A stretch of 64,000 nucleotides of DNA from Octopus vulgaris (Eukaryota), in the NCBI GenBank assembly GCA_951406725.2, contig OX597836.1:36642001-36706000 (forward strand), given 5' to 3'. The notes under the pieces are model-generated. The model did not search any database and had not been told where the DNA came from. It was given only the letters and a program-made list of their open reading frames with translations. Position numbers and translations under genes: made by a program. This document shows, in pieces, positions 42,975 through 55,925 of this stretch. Numbering within the stretch: position 1 is the stretch's first letter; each line of letters starts with the position of its first letter.

Positions 42975-45234
42975 AAAATGTTTAGCTGTGTTTCTTCTTT
43001 TTTTACAATAGAAATTATTATTATCATTATTACTCTCATCATCTATATCGTTTTATTATTATCTTAAATTCTGTTTTAAATTGAGTATTGTTTTTACGAT
43101 AGCAGGGTTTCTCTTTTACACGTTTTAGCACTTTATATTTAATGGTTCTAGTATATTTCTTATACCTCTGTATTTCTTGGTATTTTATTTTTTTAAAGAA
43201 GAATTACCGAAAGGAAATTTTCTTTCACTTTAAGGTTATCAACAACATATCGACTAGTTTATAAATTACGTGTCTTAAAGGCGGTAATAGAACATTTAGT
43301 TGATAAGCGTCTGCGCTCTGACGCAGACAGATGTTAACAACTCCCATTTCTATAGAATGAGTTATTGGTGCTCGGGAACATTAACTGTTCAGCTGTGTTC
43401 TTAGTAGCGCCGTCCTACGATTGATGCCATTAAGACAAACCACTCCAGATATTTCAAGGTATCGAAATCTTCGCAGAGCGAGTTGTCTAACAATAATCCA
43501 TATCATCTAATGAAATGGCTGGAGATTTTATGACCCAAATAATGATTATTATTTAATACGACATCATGTTATGTAATACATCGTGTGCAAATAAATTACC
43601 ATGCTATTGAGACATTTGTTGCATTAATTGATCTATTGACCATGCATTCAACTCCATTACACACATATATATATATATAAAGAGAAAGAAAAAGAAAGGG
43701 GGAGAGTGGGAGAGAAAGAGAGAAAAAGAGTTAGAGAGAGAGGGGGAAAGAAAGAGATTGACACAGAGACAGAAAGAGAAGAAGAGGAAAACTGTAGGAA
43801 AGCGAGACACGTTTTAATAAATGATTTGATAATTTAACGCGTAAAAGGAAGGTTTAGAGTTTCTAAATTCAGAATTTTTTTTTTCATGAAATGAAATAGA
43901 TAAGAGAAGAATAATGGGGGAGTTTGGGTGAGAAGCAGTATAAAATTACAGAGGAGAGTTTTAACAGATACGAGGGCATGTAATTCTATGATTATTTTGA
44001 ATACACCTATATATTCAGACTCTTCTGCATTAAGAGGCAAGGGGCGGCGCGATTTATAGGTGTCTTCATATGGGCATATGAGGAGGTGTGCTATGTTCTT
44101 TTGTGGGGCAAGCCTATGTATGTGTGTATGTGTGTATATATGCATGAATATATGTATGTATGTATGTATGCATGTATGTATGTATGTATGTATGTATGTA
44201 TGTATGTATGTATGAATGTATGTATGTATGTATGCATGTATGTATATATGTATGTATGTATGCATGTATGTATGTATATATGTATGTATGTATGCATGTA
44301 TGTATGTATGTATGTATGTATGTATGTATGTATGTAGGAATTTATGTAGAAGTACGAAAGTGTGTACGTGTATTTGCCTGGGATAACGGGCATGTGGATC
44401 GGATCGTTGGTGTGTAGGGGTATACGTGCGACAAGAGCGTGAAAAATGGATTAGGAGGTAGAGAGCACGTTTGTGAAATGAGAAGGAAGGTAAGAGGAAT
44501 GGGTAGTACGTGGTACAAGGTATATGTGGGTAGGGGTATGGATATGAGACGCTGTTTTTGTAAACCATTTTCTTTTCTTTTAAACTCTTAGTATAAGACG
44601 ACTGTCATCAAACATTATAACATTTTACAGATGTACTCGTGTTTGTGAGAGGGGTTTCGCCTCTTTTATTGTTTGTTATCCGTTGTCCTTTCTGTTGCGT
44701 ATGATTATAGAGAATATGCTTCTTCCTTGTGATGATTCTACCCAGGAAAGGCTCGGTAGCACGCATTGTCCCCCATGAATAGCAAAGGACAACCCTTTGA
44801 TTAAGCCGAGAAACAGTTAGACAAGAAAAAATACCCTGACCAAATTTTGACACTTTTCCTAATCCATGAAGGCGTTTTATCTTACAAACACGGCTTGAAT
44901 TCTACTGCTTTGATAAGTCATGATTAGCTTGCCTTGGTTTTTCTTCAACCACCGTTTTCAAATGCTCAATACTGACAGCTCCAGATAGAAGAGATTCTGC
45001 ATGACAACAATTTCTCGAGTGGAACTAACTATCATTGGCATATCTAGACACTTAAAGCTTTATATCCATAAACAAAGCGAATATTTCTTATCGCTTCTTT
45101 TGCTGATTCGAAAAGAGACGTACATCATGTACTGTATGAAATGGATCTGATCCATACTCATTCCAAATGGTAAATTGTATGCAAATTTGATCACTACGCA
45201 TTAAGTAATTTGCATACAAGTAAAACAGATATTT

Positions 45235-45441
45235 TCCTATTCTTTGACTTGCTTCTGTTATTGGACTGCGGCCGTGATGGAGCACCGATCTGGGGGGTAT
45301 AATCTTTGTAAGTCGAGTACTTATTCTATGGATCTCATATGTCTAACCGCTAGTTTATGGAGACATAAACACAACAACATTGGTTGTCAAGCGACGGTGA
45401 GTGGGGACAAACACAGACACACGCATACGCACACAAACACG

Positions 45442-45538
<97 letters not shown>

Positions 45539-45700
45539 CATAAGACGGGCTTCTTTCAGTTTCCGTCTACCAAATCCACTTACATGGCTTTGGTCGGCCC
45601 GAAGCTATAATAGAAGGCAATTACCCAGATGCAACGCAGTGGGACTGAACCCAGAACCATGTGGTTGGGAAGCAAGCTTCTTACCACACAGCCACGCCTA
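45235..45700 (-). mobile_element. SINE family A, diverged
   Basis: Head and tail both recognisable. Confidence 0.85.
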
Positions 45701-45904
45701 TGCATCTACCTATCTAGATAACTAGCTAGTTACCTAGCTAGCTATCTGTCCGTCTGACTGACTGCTTTTCTGCCTGTTTGTTTCTCCATGCAAGCATAAT
45801 AAATACTTGAATGCATACATATATACATACATACATGCAGGCATATATACACTCATGGGTGCACACATAAATTCATACATACACACATACACACATACAC
45901 ACAC

Positions 45905-46348
45905 ATGCATACATACATACATACATACATACATGCATACATACATACATGCATGCATACGTACATACATACATGCATACATGCATACATACATACATAC
46001 ATACATGCATGCATACATACATACATACATACATACATGCATACATACATACATACATGCATACATACATGCATGCATACATACATACATACATACATGC
46101 ATACATACATACATGCATACATACATACATGCATACATGCATGCATACATACATACATACATACATACATACATGCATACATACATACATGCATACATAC
46201 ATACATACATACATACATACATACATACATACATACATGCATACATACATACATACATGCATGCATGCATACATACATACATACATGCATACATACATAC
46301 ATACATACATACATACATACATACATACATACATACATACATACATGC
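45905..46348. repeat. (CATA)n/(CATG) microsatellite
   Basis: Direct reading. Confidence 0.95.
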
Positions 46349-47693
46349 TTGTTATATATTCGTTCATGCTAATTAACTTGGGTTATATTTCTTTCCCTGA
46401 TTCCTAACTTCTTTAGTGACAAGACACGAAGTGATATGAACACAATAAATCCATTATGACATCAGCAGATTTATTCATACTTTTTACAAGAATAAAATTT
46501 GTATTCTGTTAGAAAATGAAAAACAAAAATCGAAACCAAATAACGTTTTTTTAATAATTTCGATGCCAAACTCCTGATTTCAGAGACGTCTAATGGAAAA
46601 TATATTATTTACACATTTCACAATATGAGGTAATTCATGATACGTCATCTACCTGTCTCCTACTGACAGATAATTTATAATTTTATATCACAAAGCAACA
46701 GTGCTTCTTGCTGAGAGACTAACGTATTTTGTTTAAGAGGAAGAAGAGAAATCAGAAAAATACTGGAGGAGACTATGATGGTGGTTTTAAGTAAACGAAG
46801 GTACCTGATGTATGAAGACATTGCTTGATGCTTTATAATTAGAAATTAATTAGGATGCCGTGATAACAATATTAATATATATGGTGATAAATATCTATAA
46901 AAACGAACAGAGATTCGAAATTTATTAAGGGAACGACAGCCATTGAAGCTATAGTGCATTAATGTTATATTAAATTGTTATGAGATATTTATTCGCTATG
47001 ATATATTAGGTTGTTAAAAGTTATATTCATCTACTCATTTACTCTTTTACTGCCTCACCTCACTGGGCTACTGCCAATCTGGACAGTACTTGTATGTGTT
47101 TTTAGATTTGTATGGAAACCAGTAATTTTATAGTAGATTTTATAGTACGTATTGTATGATATTATCATGTCAAAATGTTTGGCACCGTACTAGTTTTTAC
47201 AGAGATGATGCTTAGGCACATACATACTCAGACAAGCACTACGCCTCCGTTGGTGAAGGTTGTGTCACCAACGTGGACCGCATGCCTAACAGTCGCGTTA
47301 GGCATGCGGTCCATCGTACGAACCCGCTAATCACTGCTCCCGAATAGCCAAGCAAAGAGCTGCACAAAAGTATTACATCTAATTGGGATTACCGACTTGT
47401 GACTATGTTGTCAGACTGTGTCTGTTACTCGACTCATCGAAGACATTGGAGTACTTAGTTTGTGAGAGCCAGTCGCATAAGCACTTGGGATTTTCTAGCA
47501 AGTTTCTTTTTTCGTCTTATTTAATTTTCTTTCTTACTAAACGTTATTGCCGTTCCACTTTATATTCAACATTACTCCCGTCTACGCCTGCTAAGGTAGG
47601 TGACTGAGCAGGTGTCTGTAAGCAATGCGGGCAACGAAACACGAATTCAGTGTCTAGTTAACAGATCCATTCTTAAGCTCGGACTAATTGGAA

Positions 47694-47748
<55 letters not shown>

Positions 47749-48551
47749 TTATTTATCTATCTATCTATCTATCTTTCTATCTATCTATCTATCTATTTAT
47801 TTATCTATCTATCTACCTATCTATCTACCAACCTACCTACATACATTCATACATACATGTATTGGAACTACAGATCAAAATTTATGCTGCGTGTAACCAA
47901 CAACCCCAAACTGTGGACAATCTAGTAATTTATAACTACTTGTCTACAGAATACCTTATCAAGCTACGATCTGAATGACCTGATGTGATTTGCCTGCGTA
48001 TGTCCACATAGGTACATTATAGAAAACCGTTTGCTACAGCCTGGGCAAGTGTACGAGTCTTTTGCATCTCCACTTCCATATTTTAAATCAACATAATTCT
48101 AGCGAGTATCGAAGATGATGTTCTCTTCTTTTAATACTAAAAAGCAAGGTGTTTGCTGCAAAATACCTTGATAGCGAAACGTCAGACCCTTTTAGATTAC
48201 TACTAGTCTGAAGTTATGGCATTTGCTGCTGATTACGTCCAGCACCAATGATTTTCCCTGTTTCTAGGAAGTTAGTTTGAATTGCAAAATCCAGATGTAT
48301 CCCAAACAACTCAAAAATCACATCTCCTTGTTCTGTCTTCTCTTTACCGTAGATTCTGCGAAGACTTGTGTCTCATAAATTCTGATCTGACTGATGATGC
48401 CAACACGAGTCTAGTCACCTGCATTATTTGAACTGTTGGCCTTGCTTCCAAGATAACCCGCACCACAGACAGTTAACCTGCTTTACTGAATGAGAGCATA
48501 TTCGCTAGATAGGGGAACTTGAAATGGAACAATTTATACCTGATAATTATG

Positions 48552-49516
48552 GGTTCAGAAATTCCGAGCCGGAAACTACAGCTTAGACGATTATATAGGA
48601 ACTGGAAAATTTGTAAAGTTCGAAAAGGACGACCTGCAAACCTTGCTGAAACAAAATCCCATTGTGACTTTAGAGGAACTAGCAGATAAGATTGGATTTG
48701 GTCATTCAACCATTCATCAACTCATGCGTGCCATCGGAAAGTTTAGAAAATTGAATAAATCGGCTCCTAACAAATTCTCGGAGTCTAATCGCACGCAGAG
48801 TGAATGTGTGCTTTTCTTTGCTGCCACAAATCGCGAATGAAGCTTTCTTGAACCGAACAGTGACTGGTCACAAGAAATGGGTTCTCTATAAAAATGTAAA
48901 GCGCAGAAGAGAGTGGGTAGGGAAAGAAGAAACGCCAGCACCCCAAGCTAAAGAAGGTCTTCATCCATGTAAGTTGTGGTTATTTGTCTTGTGGTATATG
49001 AAAGGTTTAGTCCACTTTGAACGTATAACCCCAAACCAAACGATAACAACAGATCTACTGTGAGCAGCTTCAGCGACTTAAATCAGCGCTAGAAGAAAGA
49101 AGACCATCTTTGCTTTCAAGATGAAAAGTGTTTTTCCATCAGGATAATGCTCGGCCACATACTGCAAGAGGGACATTCCAAAAGATGGAAAAGTTTGAAT
49201 GGAATACGCTACCCCAACCAACATATTCGCCGGACATTGCCCCATCTGATTATCATTTATTCCGCGGTCTTCAAAATCATTTAGACAGAAAAAATATGAA
49301 TTGTGTAGAAGAGGTCAAAACAGTACTGGAAGGGGAGTATTTTTCGTCACGGACAAGTAAATTTTGGAGTTGGGACCTCGCAAGTCTACCAGATCGATGG
49401 AAGGGCATTGTAGAAAATAAAGGAGAGCATTTTCTAGGTTAAAAAGAACATTGTTTCCCTTAATTCTGAAAATTAAGAGTATAAAAGAACCGCATTTTCT
49501 ATGGTATGGCCTAATA
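48552..49516 (+). mobile_element. Decayed mariner element, same family as 24300-25350, 5'-truncated
   Basis: FLNRTVTGHKKWVLY, FHQDNARPHTA, PTYSPDIAPSDYHLFRGLQNHL, LPDRW. Confidence 0.93.
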
Positions 49517-50164
49517 ACTGTTCGCGTTATGTAGTCAGTGCGTATAATGTTTGTGCGTTGATGCATACCTTTGATTAATGCGCCATTTTATTGTTGGCTT
49601 TCTCATTGCTGTTGGTTCTCATTGTAGAATGTGTTGCATTTGTGTTTGATGTGGCGTTTTCAGTGTTGGTTTGTCTGTGCATGGTAGTTGTGGTAGTAGA
49701 ATTCGTGTTGATTTCGTATTATGGACATTGTTTCCTTTCAAATATCCTAGCTCTTTGTGAGAATAGAATTGTTTTATTCTTTTCCGTTCTTTTATGCTTT
49801 CTTATGTGTAGAATTTCCTATGTCATCGTTTCCGCCTACATGAATTGGAATATCTGAATGATATGTATTGAAAAGATGTATATCTTGTGCTGTAGAATTC
49901 GGTTTCACGCCTGTTTCGTAGTTGATGTTGTTTATCATAATTTGTCATAACTGGCGTTCTGTCACGGATTTCTTTTTGCTTTGTTCTGCTGCTGCTGTTT
50001 CGGTCAGTATTATTGCAGTTGTTACCGCAACTGCAGGTTATACAAGAGCAGTCATTGTGGCTCCTATTATTGTTGTTGCGGGCTGTTGATTTTATTCTTG
50101 TTTATCAGGTGGCAAGCAAGTATATAGCTAACGTCATATTGGTAAAGTCATATTATTTCCTCCC

Positions 50165-50766
50165 CTAGGCGCAAGGCCCGAAATATTTAGGGAGGGGGCC
50201 AGTCAATTAGATCGATCTCAGTACGCAACAGGTACTTAATTTATTGACGCCGAAAGGATGGAATGCAAAGTTGGCCCCGGCGATATTTGAACTCAGAACG
50301 TAAGGACAAACAAAATAACGCTAAGCATTTCGCTTGGCATACTGATGTTTCTTATTTATTTATTGCCCACAAGGAGCTAAACATAGAGGGGACAAACAAG
50401 GACAGACAAATGGATTAAGTCGATTTCTTCGACCCCAGTGTATAACTGGTACTTAATTTATCGACCCCGAGAGGAGGAAAGGCAAAGTCGACTTCGGTAG
50501 AATTTGAACTCAGAGCGTAACCGCAAACGAAATACCTATTTCTTTATTACCCACAACAGGCTAAACGTAGAGGGGACAAACAAGGGCAGACAAAATGATT
50601 AAGTCGATTAGATCGACCCCAGTGCGTTACTGGTACTTAATTTATTGACCCCTGAAAGGAGGAAAGGCAAAGTCGACCTCGGCGGAATTTGAACTCAGAA
50701 CGTAACGGCAGACGAAATACCGCTAAGTATTTCGCCCGACGCGCTAACGTTTCTGCCAGCTCGCCG
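50165..50766 (-). mobile_element. SINE family B with tandem ~184-bp internal units
   Basis: aaaggcaaagtcgac recurs at about 50479 and 50663, with a diverged third unit near 50262. Confidence 0.9.
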
Positions 50767-51365
50767 CATTCTATGGAATGCTCTTATGCAACAGATTTCA
50801 GGTATCATTTTACATGGTTACACCCATCTAATTTTTCTTCTGCCCTATACTCTTACCATCTCACACCTTGGTTTGATTCTTGTGTATTTTGATATAGCGA
50901 GATTCCCCCTTCGTCCTACCTTAGTTACCAAATATTTTGACTCTGGTTAGTACTCTGCATTTACAGGTATTCCGCAATTTTTGGTGTTCTCAGTTCAGTC
51001 GCAAACGATCAAGGTATTTAAACATTCATGGTTGTTGCTGTTTTGAGCGATGACCGAGTGACTCTAGTGGTTATTGTTGCTATTGTTCTCGTGGTGATGG
51101 TGGTGGTGGTGTGTGTGTGTGTGTTCGTGTTAGTGTATGAGTGGCGTCTTTCTTTAGTCGTGTGAAAACAGAGTTCTGTATCGCTGAAGTGGGCGTCTAT
51201 AGCATTGTTATTCCTCTTGTCATATCGGATCCTACAGACGTAACGGTGGAGCGGGTTGTGATGCTATATCTTTGTTCTTTTAGGTGTTGTCCATTTACAA
51301 AGAAGATGGCAGTTATTTTATATTTGTTTTTGTTGTAGTGATGGTTACACTTCTTGCTGTTCCTT

Positions 51366-51466
51366 TTCTACGCTAGACACAAGGCCCGAAGTTTTGGGGG
51401 AGGGGACCAGTCGATTAGATCGACTTCAGTACGCAACTGGTACTTATTTAATCGACCCCGAAAGGC
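51366..51466 (-). mobile_element. 5'-truncated SINE family B with 20-bp TSD
   Basis: tacacttcttgctgttcctt at 51346-51365 and 51467-51486. Confidence 0.88.
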
Positions 51467-51970
51467 TACACTTCTTGCTGTTCCTTACTTTTGTTGTCAT
51501 CTGTATTGGTGGAACAATACTTTAACTTACAACCGGTAAGGTGGTGGGGAAAGAGATGAGAAAATTAGTTCCAAACACGATTACCAATCCTCGAGTACGC
51601 TGTTAATAACTTCGACGCCATATTTTGTTGTTTTAAATAATGAGCAAGTTCTAGAACAGAAAACAAAAAATTAATTTCCGCCCCGAAGGACTAAAACAAA
51701 ACAGAATTCGTTAATTTCTAAGAATCTTGATCAATTTAGAAACAAAACAAGATATTAACGGAAAGCTCTTTAAACGAGTAGCGAAAGTTTACAAGCGATA
51801 CGACGAGGCGTCTTCCACTTTCAGAAAGAAAACAATAGCAATAAAATGGTATTATCAATAATAGCTATCGTTATTATAATTATTTTTATGATTATTATTG
51901 AGTGAGAAGTACTGCATGCCGTCAAAGTGACACCGGGGTAAAATATACGAAGCCCAGTATACCCATCATG

Positions 51971-52355
51971 GGAAGCACTCCGTCGGTTACGACGATGAGG
52001 GTTCCGGTTGATCCGAATCAACGGAACAGCCTGCTCGTGAAATTAACGTGTAAGTTGCTGAACACTCCACAGACACGTGCACCCTTAACGTAGTTCTCGG
52101 GGATATTCAGCGTGACACAGAGAGTGACAAGGCCGGCCCTTTGAAATACAGGTACAACAGAAATAGGAAGTAAGAGTGAGAGAAAGTTGTGGTAAAGAGT
52201 ACAGCAGGGATCACCACCATCCCCTGCCGGAGCCTCGTGGAGATTTTTTAGGTGTTTTCGCTCAATAAACACTCACAACGCCCGGTCTGGGAATCGAAAC
52301 TGCGATCCTATGACCGCGAGCCCGCTGCCCTAACCACTGGGCCATTGCGCCTCCA
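51971..52355 (-). mobile_element. SINE family C inserted with a 10-bp TSD
   Basis: acccatcatg at 51961-51970 and 52356-52365; reverse complement of 38127-38504. Confidence 0.92.
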
Positions 52356-52994
52356 ACCCATCATGACTACCCGTCTGATAAGGGTACACTAGGCGCATGC
52401 ATGACAACCATATGTGCGTGACATGGTGATCTCATATCAAGAAGAACAGCGCATGACCTTGCATGTGAGGCCCAGTCAGAATTTTCTTCTGGTCGAGTAG
52501 CCCATCCACTCAAAAGGTCCATGAATAAGGATTGTCTAAGGATGTTGAATGAACCACCCATTTTTCCAAAGGTAAACTATCCAAACCTCAAAGAATTCCT
52601 TTCAACACACTGCTATGATGTTTCCCCACTACTTCTGCTCGTGATCGGAGATGCACATATCGTCAGCCACTGACAGGCAAATCTGTGGTATTGAGCAAAA
52701 TATATCCTGTAGCCCATCTTTTATACCAAAACAATGTACATGATAATACTCCCAATCAGTTAAGATCAGCAGTCATGAGAGGCCAGGAAGTCAGAGGTGA
52801 GTCATTATTCAGTTCTATTAACTCCGTTACTTTTCTGCTACTCTATTTTATAGACCCTCAAAGGACGAAACTTAAATTTGACCACAGCCGAATTTATGGT
52901 CAGAATATAAAATGTCAGAAGAAATGCCGCAAAGCATTATCGTACGACAGCTTAACAATTCTGCCACCTCAATACAATGACAATAAAGATAATA

Positions 52995-53575
52995 ATCTTT
53001 TCTACTCTATGCACAAGGCCCGAAATTTGGGGTGGGGCCAGTTGATTAGATCGACCCCAGTATGCAACTGGTACTTAATTTATCGACCCTCGAAAGAATG
53101 AAAGGCAAAGTCGACCTGGGCGGAATTTGAACTCAGAACGTAACGGCAGACGAAATACCTATTTCTTTACTACCCACAAGGGGCTAAACACACAGAGGAC
53201 AAACAAGGACAGACAAAAGGATTAAGTCGATTACATCGACCCCGGTGCGTTAATGGTACTTATTTAATCGACCCTGAAAAGATGAAAGGCAAAGTCGTCC
53301 TCGGCGGAATTTGAACTCAGAACGTAACGGCAGACGAAATACCTATTTCTTTACTACCCACAAGGGGCTAAACACACAGAGGACAAACAAGAACAGAAAA
53401 AGGATTAAGTCGATTATATTGAGCCCAGTGCGTAACTGGTACTTATTTAATCGACCCTGAAAGGATGAAAGGCAAAGTCGACTTCGGGTGAATTTGAACT
53501 CAGAACGTAGCGGCAGACGAAATATCGCTAAGTATTTCGCCCAACGCGCTACCGTTTCTACCAGCTCGCCGCCTT
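52995..53575 (-). mobile_element. SINE family B with three tandem ~184-bp units
   Basis: aaaggcaaagtcg at 53101, 53285 and 53468; single head near 53575. Confidence 0.92.
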
Positions 53576-53737
53576 AATAAATAAAGATAATAATCATTAA
53601 AGTGATGACAACAGTGATGACGATGAGGCGGAGGAAGAGGAGGAAGTAGATTTTTATCAGTCATAAGAGTATCTTTGGGAAAAAAATTACAATACACATA
53701 GTGGTGGTAGTAGTAGCAGCAGCGGTAGCAGAAGCAA

Positions 53738-53983
53738 CAGAAGAAGAAGAAGAAAAAGAAGAAGAAGAAGAAAAAGAAGAAGAAGAAGAAGAAGAAGTAG
53801 AAGAAGAAGAAGAAGAAGAAGAAGAAGAAAAAGAAGAAGAAGAAAAGAAGAAGAAAAAGAAGAAGAAGAAGAAGAAGAAGAAGAAGAAGAAGAAGAAGAA
53901 GAAGAAGAAGAAGAAGAAGAAGAAGAAGAAGAAGAAGAAGAAGAAGAAGAAGAAGAAGGAGGAGGAGAAGGAGAAGAAGAAGA
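53738..53983. repeat. (GAA)n polypurine tract
   Basis: Direct reading. Confidence 0.95.
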
Positions 53984-54228
53984 ACCTGTGTTTCAGCGTA
54001 AAATTCCTTATCGAAACATCCGTCTCAACAACAGACAATGCATTTCTAACAATGTGGATCGATTTTGGGTGGGGTCGGGGTTAATCTCTCTATAAATTTC
54101 TCGAAATACATATATTCCGAATATGGAACCTAGAAACCGAAAGGACCCTTGTAATGATATGAATTCTTTGGGAAAAGTAAACGACATGCAGCTACCCGCC
54201 AGGACATACATATATGCATGTATACTCA

Positions 54229-54285
<57 letters not shown>

Positions 54286-54464
54286 TAACATAGAGAAAAG
54301 GGTGCTGCTAGGTATCACACATATATTATAACACATTACGTAGAGAGATTCAATAGCCTAAGATACTAAAATCAAAGCAAAACATTTAATATATCCAAGG
54401 CGAAATAGTTGCGCTCAGTAATGCAGAGAAAGAATGCGATACAAATTTGTCAACGGAACAATAA

Positions 54465-54683
54465 TAATTTCTACAATAGCGCAATGCCTGAAATTTGGCG
54501 GAGGAAGGTTGTCGATTAAATCCGCCCAATATACACAACTGATACTCAATTTATCGACCGTGGAAAAAATTGAAAGGCAAAGTCGATCTCGGTGGAATTT
54601 GAACCCGGAACAACGTAGCAACGGGCGAAATACCGTTACGCGTTTCGTCCAGCGTGCTAACAATTCTGCCAGCTCACCGCCTT
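54465..54683 (-). mobile_element. SINE family B, diverged
   Basis: gaaaggcaaagtcgatctcggtggaatttgaac...ctgccagctcaccgcc. Confidence 0.8.
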
Positions 54684-54707
54684 TATAATAATAACAACAG
54701 CAATAAC

Positions 54708-54740
<33 letters not shown>

Positions 54741-54744
54741 AATG

Positions 54745-54792
<48 letters not shown>

Positions 54793-54796
54793 TTAT

Positions 54797-55111
54797 GATA
54801 GCAAAAGGGGCTGTTTGGTACCTAACTCAGAAACCAGGAAACGCCAAAATGACAGAAATTCAAACGATAGTGCTCATGGGAACTGCTCATATCCTACGCA
54901 AAATACTTTCTATGTAATCTCAAGTTTTAAAACAAACATCATTTTCGTATGTTTTTTTTTTAGACATTCACTAGTAGAACACTAAATACAAAACCAAATT
55001 TATGGCACACTAGGCATAACAACAACACGAACTTCCAACCTGTTGTATCTTGAGGTCTCTGGGTGAGACTTGGAGCCAACTTGTACAGATATAAATCAAA
55101 AGTCAAACATA

Positions 55112-55112
<1 letters not shown>
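54797..55112 (+). mobile_element. 3' end of R4/Dong-type element (ORF C-terminus plus 3' UTR) between (AAT)n tracts
   Basis: EIQTIVLMGTAHILRKILSM*; (AAT)n on both sides. Confidence 0.8.
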
Positions 55113-55171
<59 letters not shown>

Positions 55172-55177
55172 AAATAA

Positions 55178-55560
55178 CTCTGGATTAAAAGCTGAAACGG
55201 ACGGACTGACTTTTGCTACACCAAGTCAGTGCCTGGCTATGAACGATTACAAAAACAAAATAATGAAAACAGGTCCTAGTACTAAATGCAGAAAATGCAG
55301 TCATCGCAATGCGACAGTTGACCACGTCATGTCTGGATTTTCAGTCCATGCGAAATCTGACTATGAATATAGACACGACTAAGTAGTTATATCCACTGGA
55401 AAATATGCCAACACTGCATCATTAAAGCTGACAATAAAATGGTATAAACATGCACCGAACAAGGTTCAAGACAACGACCAGGGCACAATCATATGCCAGC
55501 TCAAACGGACAAAGAAAATAAAGTTAACCGACCAGACATAATTATCAAGAATTGCGGAAG
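55178..55560 (+). mobile_element. R4-type zinc-knuckle/restriction-like endonuclease fragment
   Basis: SGLKAETDG...KCRKC....TVDHVMSG...YEYRHD and NRPDIII. Confidence 0.85.
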
Positions 55561-55564
55561 AAAA

Positions 55565-55925
55565 CATGCTTTCTGTTGACCAAAAAGACACTCGGGTTTC
55601 AGTTGCATATGATCTCCCTGATTGTGGCGAGAACGATAAAACCGTTTGAAAACTTTGCATAGGCTTCTGAACAGGTATCCCCAAACTTTTGGCAATTTGA
55701 TGCAGATTCTCGGCTCAACTTTCTCTGTTATGATCTATGCGGTGATCACACGCTACATACGTTCCTTCCAAGCACTACTGTAAAAAAAGGGTCAAAGCTA
55801 GGACGTTAAAACTTAGTGCGCGTACATAACAATGTTCAAGGTCAATCTGTGCCGAACGGCTTTATGCTGCCTGCTTTAGCTGCGTTACTATAGCAAAAAT
55901 CCGGATATTTATTGATCAGTCAACT
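55565..55925. mobile_element. Mariner-derived fragment related to 35090-35332
   Basis: Shared aatttgatgcagattctc..ctcaac.ttctctgt segment and ttattgatcag terminus. Confidence 0.75.

Noticed and set aside
47236-47340. Possible HDV-like ribozyme (gcc-tccgtt-ggt and gctaa)
   Set aside because: No P1 or P2 pairing could be found.
52995-53575. Regularly spaced repeats that might suggest a CRISPR array
   Set aside because: Whole ~184-bp units repeat with no unique spacers, and the context is eukaryotic.
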